A stretch of 64,000 bases of DNA, from NCBI GenBank assembly GCA_963718615.1, contig OY970368.1, forward strand, positions 2,080,001 to 2,144,000. Direction: 5' to 3'. Made by a program: the position numbers and the translations under genes. The notes beneath the pieces are model-generated. The model did no database searches. It had not been told where the DNA came from and saw only the letters and a program-made list of their open reading frames with translations. This document shows, piece after piece, positions 40,459-49,181 of the stretch (positions are counted from its first letter, which is position 1; every line of letters begins with the position of its first letter). Source of the DNA: an uncultured cyanobacterium (GTDB lineage: Bacteria; Cyanobacteriota; Cyanobacteriia; PCC-9006; JAAUQQ01).

Positions 40459-42990
40459 ATGAGAGTCAGTGTGATTATTCCTGCTTATAACTGCGGTTTG
40501 TATTTGTCTGAGGCGATCGCTAGCGTTTTATCTCAAACCTATAAAAACTACGAGATTATTGTTGTTAATGATGGGTCAACCGATGACACAGCAAAGATCT
40601 TAGCCAGTTATCAAGATCAAATCCAAGCAAAATCCATTGCATTTCAGGTTATTTCTCAGTCAAATCAAGGCGTTGCCGCAGCTCGTAACCGTGGATTGCA
40701 AGCGGCAACGGGAGAGTTGATTGCCTTCTTAGATGCAGATGATTGCTTTTGGCCGGAGAAGCTGACTCGGCAAGTGGCTTGTTTTGAAGCATTGCCGGGT
40801 CTAGGAATTGTGATTTCCGGTTGGCAGTTAGTTGATCAAAGCGGTCAAGAAATCTCTAATGTTGAACCTTGGCAAGCGGCTCCAAGGCTGAATCTAGAAG
40901 CTGCTATTTTTCAGAAACCGGCTCGGCCTAGTGCAACGATGGTGCGGCGAGATTGGTGCGAGCGGATTGGCGGCTTTGATGGCAGGCTGAGAAGTGCGGA
41001 GGATTTGGATTTTTTATTGCGCCTATTGGCGGCGGGTTGTGAGGCGGATTGGTTGCCGGCGGTTTTGGCGAGCTATCGTCAGCGATCAGATAGTTTGATG
41101 GCCCAGGGAAAGGGGTTGATCGATGATACAGAGCAGGTGATGGAGGGCTTTTTTTCCCGAGCAGATTTACCATCTGAAATCTTGACGCTGAAGCAATGGG
41201 AGCGTTATCAGTCTTGGGTTTGGCTAGGGGCGCGGATGTATTATGACGGTCACATCGGTGAGATGGAAACTTGTTTGAGGCGATCGCGTCGCTACACCAC
41301 AAATTCCAGTTTCCAAATCCTCCAGGATTGGTTTCAAGCCATGCGAGGCTATGCGATGGAATATGGCTATGGGTTTGATGCCTATGCTTTGACGAGTTCG
41401 GAGGTTTGGCAGAAGCTGACGCGATCGCTTCTCCCTGCTAGCAATAAGCCATTACCTAGAAAGCAAAAACCATGGTCGAGCGGTGACGAGAATCAATCTC
41501 AGCACATTGTTCTCTATAGCGACGATCCGGGGGCGGGGGGGATTTTGCAATGCAATCATGCGATCGCCTGTCATCTTGCCCAGGCTGGATATCAGGTGAG
41601 CCATATTCATTCTCTACAAGACACGCCGCTCAATGCCAAAGAACTGGAGTTAGGCATTAAACAAGTTGATTTGGGCTACCATGCGGGTGCGGATCTGACC
41701 CGAACCATGAAGGATCTAGAGGGTAGCAAACAGCATCTGTTGGAGATTCAACCGGATCTCGTCATTTTTAGTGATGGCTGGCCCTTCTCGAATTTTGCTG
41801 CCAAGCAAGCGGCGATTGATCTGGAAATTCCCTATCTGATTGTTCTAGGATTTATTGAACCGTCCTGTGGCAGCTATGACTATCAAGATGGGGTAGATTA
41901 TCGCAATTTGGTGGCATTACATTATACCCAGGCTCGTGCAGTGGTGTCGGTGTCTGAGGAAAATCTCTTGCTGCTGAGACAACTCTTTGAGCTACCGGAG
42001 TCTGTGGGGCAGGTGATTTATAATGGTCGGCCTGAGGTCTTTTTTGCGGAACCCGATCCCCAAGGACGGGAGGCGTTGCGGCGGTCTTTGGACATTCCGT
42101 CCGAGGCGATAGTTTGTTTTACATCGGCTCGGCTGGAGGCGGTTAAGGGGTATAAGTATCAGATCGAGGCCATCCGTCAATTGAAGACGAAGCCGATCTG
42201 GAAAAATTTGTATTTTCTTTGGGCTGGCATAGGACAAGAGGTTTTGCCCCAGAGTAATGAGCTAGAGTTGCGGGCTGCGGTGGAGTCGCTGGGGGTGGGG
42301 AATCAGGTTCAGTTTTTGGGGCAGCGGTGGGATATTCCGGAGCTACTGGATGCAAGTGATATTTTCGTATTGACTTCGGAGGCGGAGGGGATGCCCCTGT
42401 CGGTGATGGAGGCAATGGCAAAGGGCTTGCCAGTGGTGGCTTCGGCGGTGAGTGGGGTGCCGGAGGAACTAGGTGATACGGGGCAGCTTTTGCCGGATCC
42501 GAATCGGCAGCCGGAGGAGACGGTCAAGGTGCTGGTGCAGACGATTGAGCGGTGGGCCAATTCGGCTTCGTTACGGCAGGTTCTGGGGCAGGAGTGTCAA
42601 CAGCGGGCTCGGCAATTATTTCGCGAAACTGAGATGGTCAAGCGTTATGGTGAGGTGGTATCCAGTTGTCTAGAGAACCTTGGGACATGCAATGAGTCTC
42701 TAGCCCCTCTAGAGCGATTAAGCCTTCAGCAAATAAAGGAAATTCAGCGGCAGTTTCGCTATACGGCCTGGGTCTGGCGGGGATGGTTTTGCTATCAGCA
42801 AGGGGATGGAGAAGGAATGGAAGCGGCATTGGAGGAGGCGTTGCGGTGGCGTGGCTGGGGACAGGGTTGGCCAGGGTTGGCGTGGGGGCGATGGTTTGCG
42901 CGGTTTTGTGAGGAGAGGGAGGTGGCATTTGAGGGGGTAGGGTTGGCGCGATCGCTTCACAGGGTTTCGTCGGCATTGTTAGCAAGGTAG
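40459..42990 (+). CDS. GT2 + GT4 two-domain glycosyltransferase
   Basis: VSVIIPAYN, NDGSTD, FLDADD; then SEAEGMPLSVMEAMA. Confidence 0.92.
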   Translation: MRVSVIIPAYNCGLYLSEAIASVLSQTYKNYEIIVVNDGSTDDTAKILASYQDQIQAKSIAFQVISQSNQGVAAARNRGLQAATGELIAFLDADDCFWPEKLTRQVACFEALPGLGIVISGWQLVDQSGQEISNVEPWQAAPRLNLEAAIFQKPARPSATMVRRDWCERIGGFDGRLRSAEDLDFLLRLLAAGCEADWLPAVLASYRQRSDSLMAQGKGLIDDTEQVMEGFFSRADLPSEILTLKQWERYQSWVWLGARMYYDGHIGEMETCLRRSRRYTTNSSFQILQDWFQAMRGYAMEYGYGFDAYALTSSEVWQKLTRSLLPASNKPLPRKQKPWSSGDENQSQHIVLYSDDPGAGGILQCNHAIACHLAQAGYQVSHIHSLQDTPLNAKELELGIKQVDLGYHAGADLTRTMKDLEGSKQHLLEIQPDLVIFSDGWPFSNFAAKQAAIDLEIPYLIVLGFIEPSCGSYDYQDGVDYRNLVALHYTQARAVVSVSEENLLLLRQLFELPESVGQVIYNGRPEVFFAEPDPQGREALRRSLDIPSEAIVCFTSARLEAVKGYKYQIEAIRQLKTKPIWKNLYFLWAGIGQEVLPQSNELELRAAVESLGVGNQVQFLGQRWDIPELLDASDIFVLTSEAEGMPLSVMEAMAKGLPVVASAVSGVPEELGDTGQLLPDPNRQPEETVKVLVQTIERWANSASLRQVLGQECQQRARQLFRETEMVKRYGEVVSSCLENLGTCNESLAPLERLSLQQIKEIQRQFRYTAWVWRGWFCYQQGDGEGMEAALEEALRWRGWGQGWPGLAWGRWFARFCEEREVAFEGVGLARSLHRVSSALLAR

Positions 42991-43009
42991 TCGGTGCTAG
43001 GATCTATGC

Positions 43010-44170
43010 ATGTTTGACACGGTTTGCAAATTTCTGATTGAAACTTTTCCGACGGATTTTGCGAGTTGGCTGCTGGGTGAACCGGTAGAGCTGACTGAGC
43101 TGAGTCCGTCTGAGCTTTCGCTGGAGCCGATTCGGGCGGATGCGTTGCTGCTGATGCAATCGGCGGAGACGATTTTGCATGTCGAGTTTCAGTCTCGACC
43201 GGATGCAGCGATTCCATTCCGGATGGCGGACTATCGTCTACGAGTGTATCGTCGGTTTCCAAGCAAGGCCATGCGGCAGGTGGTGATTTATCTCAAGCAG
43301 ACAGAGTCGGAATGGGTGTATGAAACGGTGTTTGAGATCCCGAGGACTCGTCATGAATTTGATGTCATTCGTCTCTGGGAGCAGCCGGTAGAGCAGTTTC
43401 TCTCGGAGCCGGGGCTGCTGCCGTTTGCGGCTTTGGCCAAGACCGATGACCGTGAGGCGGTTTTGCGGGAGGTGGCAAGGCGGATTGAGCAGATTTCTGA
43501 CCGTCGGATTGAAAGTCATGTGGCGGCCTGTACGGGGGTTTTGGCTGGGCTATCATTGGATGAGGCGTTGGTTCAGCGAATTTTGAGGATGGAGATCATG
43601 CAGGATTCGTCAGTTTATCAAGCAATTAAAGCGGAAGGCCGACGGGAAGCCCAAAGAGAGGCGCAGGAGCGCGAGGCGTTGCTTCAGCGGGAGGCCCAGG
43701 AGCGCGAGGTATTGCTTCAGCGGGAGGCTCAGGAGCGCGAGGTATTGCTTCGGAGGGAGGCTCAGGAGCGCGAGGCTCAGCTATTGCTCCGGTTGCTGAA
43801 TCGGCGGGTTGGATCGTTGCCGGAGGCGTTGCAGCGGCAGGTAATGGGGTTGTCGGTGGGGCAGTTGGAGGATTTGGGTGAGGCGTTGTTGGATTTTTCG
43901 GGGGTCGCGGATTTGGAGGGGTGGTTGCTAGGGTTACGGCAACGAATTGAGGAGGTTTTGGATCAGTTGAATAGGCAAGTGGGTGTGGTTTTGCGGGTGG
44001 TGGAACCGGAGTTGGCGGGGCGGGTGATGGGGTTGTCTTGGATGCAGTTGGATGAGTTGGAGGGTGTCGCTGCTGAGAATCCAGGCGAGCAGATGGGCTT
44101 TAAGACCGTGGCTGATGTGAAGAGTTGGTTGGAGCGGATGGAGGGCGATCGCGCCTTGGGATTAGCCTAA
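43010..44170 (+). CDS. Rpn-family nuclease with 11-aa repeats and DUF4351 tail
   Basis: EPIRADAL, LHVEFQ, RMADY, REAQERE(A/V)LL repeats, LEDLGEALLDF. Confidence 0.85.
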   Translation: MFDTVCKFLIETFPTDFASWLLGEPVELTELSPSELSLEPIRADALLLMQSAETILHVEFQSRPDAAIPFRMADYRLRVYRRFPSKAMRQVVIYLKQTESEWVYETVFEIPRTRHEFDVIRLWEQPVEQFLSEPGLLPFAALAKTDDREAVLREVARRIEQISDRRIESHVAACTGVLAGLSLDEALVQRILRMEIMQDSSVYQAIKAEGRREAQREAQEREALLQREAQEREVLLQREAQEREVLLRREAQEREAQLLLRLLNRRVGSLPEALQRQVMGLSVGQLEDLGEALLDFSGVADLEGWLLGLRQRIEEVLDQLNRQVGVVLRVVEPELAGRVMGLSWMQLDELEGVAAENPGEQMGFKTVADVKSWLERMEGDRALGLA

Positions 44171-44183
44171 ATACGTAATATTT

Positions 44184-44600
44184 ATGCCAGCAAAAGATAT
44201 CTACCATTACGCCGTAAAATGCGCTCTAATCAAGGATGGCTGGAGCATTTTGTCTGAAGATTATGTACTCGCCTATGGAGGTGATCGAGTCTATGCCGAC
44301 ATTGCCGCAGAGAAGGCGATCGCGGCAGAAAGACAAAATCAGCAAATCATTGTTGAAGTGAAGAGCTTTATTGGTCGTTCTTTTGTGCATGAACTCGAAG
44401 GGGCTGTAGGTCAGTATGTTGTTTATCGAGACATTCTCGAAGAAACAAGTTCTGCATTTGAACTTTATTTAGCCGTAACGAAAGGAGTTTGGAATAGCGT
44501 TTTTCAGAGAAAGCTACCACAAATGCTGATTCGTCGTAATCGAGTCAAGCTGATTATTGTTGATTCAGATAGCGAGGTAATTGATCAATGGATAACTTAG
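44184..44600 (+). CDS. xisH: XisH family protein
   Basis: MPAKDIYH..ALIKDGW..VEVKSF..AVGQY. Confidence 0.92.
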   Translation: MPAKDIYHYAVKCALIKDGWSILSEDYVLAYGGDRVYADIAAEKAIAAERQNQQIIVEVKSFIGRSFVHELEGAVGQYVVYRDILEETSSAFELYLAVTKGVWNSVFQRKLPQMLIRRNRVKLIIVDSDSEVIDQWIT

Positions 44601-44929
44601 AGCGATACCGAGAAGTCATTAAGATGATTATCGGTGAATATCATCGGTTAAATTTGAGTTTACCTGATTCTGCGGTTGAGAGTGTTTGTGTTTTTGATGA
44701 GATTCATGATCATTATCTATTGATTTTGATGGGTTGGGAGGGAAGTGAGCGGGTGAAGAGTGTCATGATTCATGTGCGGTTGCACAATGGTAAGTTTTGG
44801 ATTGAGGAGGATTGGACGGAGGATGGGATTGCGACGGATTTGTTGCGGGCTGGGGTGAGCGCTGAGAAGATTGTGTTGGCGTTTCATCCACCGCAGCTAA
44901 GGCAGTATACGGAGTTTGCGATCGCTTAA
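44588..44929 (+). CDS. xisI: XisI family protein
   Basis: DHYLL..GW..WIEEDWTEDGIA..IVLAFHPP..YTEFA. Confidence 0.92.
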   Translation: MDNLERYREVIKMIIGEYHRLNLSLPDSAVESVCVFDEIHDHYLLILMGWEGSERVKSVMIHVRLHNGKFWIEEDWTEDGIATDLLRAGVSAEKIVLAFHPPQLRQYTEFAIA

Positions 44930-45019
44930 GCAATTGAAGAAAAGCAGGGCGGAGGCGGCAGTCCTACTCAAACGCTAAAATGGAAAAATATTGTTGGGTG
45001 ATTGGCTCGGAGAATTGCT

Positions 45020-45799
45020 ATGGTTCAGCTTCCGTCCCGCAGGTTTGCGACAGAACCCAGTCTTGAGAAGGCTCCGAGTACAGAGCCTGGAGCTGAGCGG
45101 TCTGATTCTAGGCTGGTGCAGCAGGAACCGGAGTGGGATATTCTGGGGGAGGAGTGGCTGAGTGATGAACCGGAGTTGGAGTCTGATTTTCACCGGGAAC
45201 AGATTACGTTGTTGTTGCGGTTGATGCAGTGGTATTGGCGCGACCGCAATGATATTTATTGCTCTGGCAACACAACGGTTTATTACGATGAATCGCAGCG
45301 AACAAACCGGAACTTTAAGGGGCCGGATGTGTTTGTTGTGTTGGGGGTAGACCCGAGATTACGCAGCAGTTGGATGACCTGGCGTGAGGGGGGTCGATAT
45401 CCGAATGTGGTGATTGAGCTGTTGTCGGATTCGACAGCGAAGGTGGATCGCACGGAGAAGAAGGCACTGTATCAGAATGTGTGGCGATTGCCTGAGTATT
45501 TCTGGTTTCACCCGCGTACGCTAGAGTTTAAGGGGTTTAGGTTGGTGGATGGGCGGTATCAAGAACTTCAGTTGGATGAGCGGGGATGTTTGTGGAGCCA
45601 GGAGTTGGGTTTGTTGTTGGGGCTGGATGGGGAAAGGCTACGGTTGTTTACGGGGGAGGGGGAGTTAATCGAATTAGAGGAGGAGGAGGAGCGGCGGCAA
45701 AAGGAGGAGGAGCGGCAGCGGGCGGAGCGGGCGGAGGAGCGGGCGGAGCGGCTGGAGCGGCGGTTGCGGGAGTTGGGAATTAATTTAGAGGATGGGTGA
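45020..45799 (+). CDS. Uma2 family endonuclease, copy 3
   Basis: Core as copies 1 and 2; longer coiled-coil tail. Confidence 0.92.
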   Translation: MVQLPSRRFATEPSLEKAPSTEPGAERSDSRLVQQEPEWDILGEEWLSDEPELESDFHREQITLLLRLMQWYWRDRNDIYCSGNTTVYYDESQRTNRNFKGPDVFVVLGVDPRLRSSWMTWREGGRYPNVVIELLSDSTAKVDRTEKKALYQNVWRLPEYFWFHPRTLEFKGFRLVDGRYQELQLDERGCLWSQELGLLLGLDGERLRLFTGEGELIELEEEEERRQKEEERQRAERAEERAERLERRLRELGINLEDG

Positions 45800-45830
45800 G
45801 AATTTATGCTTCGGCAACTGTTGAGGGAAA

Positions 45831-46118
45831 CTACTGGATTTTTGCGGCAATCCAGCTGAGGAGAAGAAGTGTGGAGATAATTAACGTGAGGATAATCGCA
45901 AGAAACTTAAGTCCTGTGGTTCAGAGGGCGATGATTCCGGCGGTGTAGAGGAGGAAGCAGAGGGCGATGGTTAGGTTTTTGCTGGTTTTTGTTTGAATGT
46001 TTGGCTGTAGTCTCGGTCTGTCATAAATTGAGCCAGTTTTTTTCTTTCGGCGGATCTTGGAGGATCTTGATTTTGCAATGCCATTTGGTAGGAGGCGATC
46101 GCCAGTGAGACCAAGCAA
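45831..46118 (-). pseudogene. Copy of small membrane ORF with internal TGG>TGA stop
   Basis: Same 288-nt length as 33164..33451; stop at 45921-45923. Confidence 0.5.
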
Positions 46119-46170
46119 GCTCTGGATTGAGGCAGATCATGGGGTTAAGTGCGATCGTTGGCAGGTCTTA

Positions 46171-47319
46171 TCAGCCCGAATGGGAGCGCAGCCAGCCCTC
46201 CACCTGCGACATCTCACTGATTAGGGCCGGATCCAAAACAACCAGCGCCTCTAAAGCACAATCATTCAGCTTCATTTGCAACGGCTCTGGCAACGGTCCT
46301 AGCTGCTGATTTAACTTGCTCTGGAGACGCGCTAAGACCAATCCAATGAGCTGAGATTCGAGGTCGGCAAGGGTTTCCAGGTCAAAAATTGATAGGGTAA
46401 GGGCCTCAAGCTGGTCTGAAGAAAGAGAGGCGATCGCCCTTTCGCAGACCTCCGGTAACGAGCCAAATTTCTGAGTAAGTAGCCGTGTGGCCAAGATTTG
46501 CTCAGCCTCTCGACGACCTTCCTCACGACCTTCCTCGCGGCCTTCCTCGCGGCCTGCTTTTAGGCCACGCTCGAAGCCGATTTCTTCAACGCTGGTTACG
46601 TAGGGCATTCGTCGTTCCTCTTCGTAGGCTTTTAACTCTGTCCAAAACTGGGTTGTCAGACTTTTGGGTAAAATCATTACCCAATCAATAAAGCGAAACA
46701 GGTTGATAATTTCATTTCGATTATACCCCTGCTCATAGAGTCGCCGGATAAGTTGGAGTTTCCAGGCTTTACGGCTTTGAGCGTCTTTTTTGGTCTCTTG
46801 GGCCTTGAGATGGGCCATGACGACGACGGCAAAGGGATTCCGGCTGGCTTCCAGCTCGGCCCAGTGCTCTCGATAGTCCAACAGCTTGACGATGCCAAAG
46901 CGGAACGAGAGCGCTGTATCGGGGTAGTCGAAGCTGTATTGTGTGGGTCTCCATTTGCTGTTGCTGTCGCACAAAATCGCGAGGCTAGTTGCGGGGTGGC
47001 GAAAGCGATCGAAGATTCTCAAGTTGTACAAAAACATGCGCTCTTGAAACTGGGCTTCGCGGGTTGACTGGATCTCGGTGTGGATCAGCAGCCACAGTTC
47101 TTTGCCCCGTTTGCGTTGGACTTTGACCAGTTGGTCGGCGAAGCGCTTGCCTGTTTCGCTTTCGGGCGCGATTTGCTGGAATTCTTGGTCCAGAAATTCG
47201 GGGGGATGTTGCCAATCGATCAGTTTGGCGGTGTTGGGAAAAAAGAATTCGATCGCTTCTTGAAAATAGGTACGCAGCACAAACTTCCAAGGGCCATCTT
47301 GGGGATCGGACTGAACCAT
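46171..47319 (-). CDS. Rpn-like nuclease, second full copy (GREE x3)
   Basis: Near-identical to 33504..34688 but 12 aa shorter. Confidence 0.85.
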   Translation of the reverse strand: MVQSDPQDGPWKFVLRTYFQEAIEFFFPNTAKLIDWQHPPEFLDQEFQQIAPESETGKRFADQLVKVQRKRGKELWLLIHTEIQSTREAQFQERMFLYNLRIFDRFRHPATSLAILCDSNSKWRPTQYSFDYPDTALSFRFGIVKLLDYREHWAELEASRNPFAVVVMAHLKAQETKKDAQSRKAWKLQLIRRLYEQGYNRNEIINLFRFIDWVMILPKSLTTQFWTELKAYEEERRMPYVTSVEEIGFERGLKAGREEGREEGREEGRREAEQILATRLLTQKFGSLPEVCERAIASLSSDQLEALTLSIFDLETLADLESQLIGLVLARLQSKLNQQLGPLPEPLQMKLNDCALEALVVLDPALISEMSQVEGWLRSHSG

Positions 47320-47445
47320 TGCTCTCTGTCCCTGAGTAACAGTTCGATTGTACTTCTTTTGGGGTACTCGCCAGTCTATTGAGGCGTGGCGTTTCTAGCT
47401 GTGCGTTCGGAATTAGCTAAGATAAAAGCTAGGAGAATGTGCTTT

Positions 47446-47761
47446 CTGCGTGGATCTGCGTAGGCTTTTTGTTTGAAGATGGAATAAAGATACGGATGGA
47501 GGGGGTGAGTGATGGAGTAATGGTGTGATGGGGTCGTCACCCAATCACCCAATCACCCTGATACTCAACGACCCATGACCCAGACCCCTGAAAGACAACT
47601 GAAGACTGCTGAGGCGCGGCTGGCGGAGGCTTTGGCGTTGCGGGAGGCTGGGGATTTGGTGGGGGCGGTGGGGCGGTTGCGGGGGATCCTGGCTGAGGAG
47701 GCTGGGTTTGTGCGGGGGTGGATGGAGTTGGGGAGGGGGAGGTTGCGACGGTTGGGGGGAG
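47446..47761 (+). repeat. Leader repeat copy 6 (stub; ATG 47575, ~62 homologous codons)
   Basis: Core lacks one C-rich octamer; ORF stops at 47793. Confidence 0.93.
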
Positions 47762-47789
47762 TGGGAATTGCTCCAGATAAGAAGTTTAT

Positions 47790-48158
47790 TTAAGCAGAGA
47801 GTACTTGATTTTCAGATACGGACTGAGACATTTGAAGTACTTTTTTAAGCCAATTCCCGATTTGGGTGATGAATTCCTGATTGCGAGAATTGTCGGTCAA
47901 GCAATGATTAAGAGTCAGTTGCCAGCGGGCGAGTTGAACCTGCAATTCAACTAACTCAGCCGTAGTTTCAACGTCAAACTCACAGGCAGTCCACTCAATC
48001 AGGTATTTACTTTCATAGAGGATGTTATCTATAAGAATGGAAGCTGCCGCTTCTTTGGCGAGAGTTCGAAGTCGGGCAAGATTCATGGCGAGATAGCCCA
48101 GTCGTTGCTCTGGGGGTTGAGCTAAATAGCAGGCTTTTATTTCTGACAAATCTCTCAT
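47790..48158 (-). CDS. Helical hypothetical protein (duplicate of 26385..26753)
   Basis: Identical translation. Confidence 0.75.
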   Translation of the reverse strand: MRDLSEIKACYLAQPPEQRLGYLAMNLARLRTLAKEAAASILIDNILYESKYLIEWTACEFDVETTAELVELQVQLARWQLTLNHCLTDNSRNQEFITQIGNWLKKVLQMSQSVSENQVLSA

Positions 48159-48490
48159 TGTTCTCCTAGTTTATCTTCTAAGATTTTCTTGACTTTTTCG
48201 CGAATGATTGGATCAGAGATTTGCATTTCGCGATTGTTTTGACGGGGTTTAATATTAATCAGCGATTCGTAAGCGACTTCTTGCTTAAATGGGATCCAGT
48301 CTGCTCCCCAAATGTCCTTTTGCGAGCTGCCATCTTCAAGGAGCATGGCCTCACAGTCCGCATGGAGTTGTCCACCACCTGCTAAAATTCTTCTCTCGGT
48401 ATCTACAGCGGTTTTGATATATACACCAAGGGCTTCCAGCATCTCTACTTGCTGCTCTGGTGTTGCGTGATCTCGGATGATGTGGATCAA
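48155..48490 (-). CDS. DUF5674-like protein (duplicate)
   Basis: One K/R difference from 26750..27085. Confidence 0.78.
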   Translation of the reverse strand: MIHIIRDHATPEQQVEMLEALGVYIKTAVDTERRILAGGGQLHADCEAMLLEDGSSQKDIWGADWIPFKQEVAYESLINIKPRQNNREMQISDPIIREKVKKILEDKLGEQ

Positions 48491-48642
48491 AGCTTGGATT
48501 AGCTGATTTTAACCGATCTTAGCAGCTTCTTTGAAGGTGTGCGAGTGGTGATGTGTAAGAAATGGTTTGGGTCATGAAGTAATGATTGTGAGCTGAGTGT
48601 GGATGGGGCTTGAGATTGGGGGTCGGTTTGGCCGAAGGAGGT

Positions 48643-48867
48643 CTACTGAATTTTGCTGGTGTGGTAGTTGAGGAGAAGGGTGCTAATGATGAGGATGGCG
48701 AGAAGCTGGAGTTCTGGGGGCCAGAGGGTGATGATTCTGGTGGTGTAGAGAGCGCTGGGGGGTGTTGGGTGGCTGCGTGGATCTGCGTAAGCTTTTTGTT
48801 TGAAGATGGAATAAAGATACGGATGGAGTGGGTGAGTGATGGAGTAATGGTGTGATGGGGTCGTCAC
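48643..48867 (-). CDS. Small hydrophobic peptide (duplicate of 27238..27462)
   Basis: Identical translation. Confidence 0.45.
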   Translation of the reverse strand: MTTPSHHYSITHPLHPYLYSIFKQKAYADPRSHPTPPSALYTTRIITLWPPELQLLAILIISTLLLNYHTSKIQ

Positions 48868-49181
48868 CCAATCACCCTGTCACCCAATCACCCTGATACT
48901 CAACGACCCATGACCCAGACCCCTGAAAGACAACTGAAGACTGCTGAGGCGCGGCTGGCGGCGGCTTTGGCGTTGCGGGAGGCTGGGGATTTGGTAGGGG
49001 CGGTGGGGCTGTTGCGGGAGCTGCTGGGGGAGGAGAGTGGGTTTGTGCGGGGGTGGATAGAGTTGGGGCGAACGTTGCGGCGGTTGGGGGAGCGAGAGGC
49101 GGCGTTGGAGGCGTTTGGGGAGGCTGAGCGGTTGGAGCCGAAGCATTTGCAGAGTCGGATTGAGGGGGCGATCGAGTTACG
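48773..49181 (+). repeat. Leader repeat copy 7
   Basis: Same core; ATG at 48910. Confidence 0.95.

Noticed and set aside
44184-44929. fdxN-type excision element
   Set aside because: There is no XisF recombinase or interrupted fdxN; solitary xisHI pairs are common in cyanobacteria.
21570-49181. Leader repeats as a CRISPR array
   Set aside because: The repeats are hundreds of bp, kb apart and partly coding; there are no 30-40 bp repeat-spacer units and no cas genes.
21570-49181. Shufflon or classical integron
   Set aside because: All leaders are in direct orientation, there is no tyrosine or serine recombinase in the window, I saw no clear attC RYYYAAC..GTTRRRY boundaries, and the stub end points vary.
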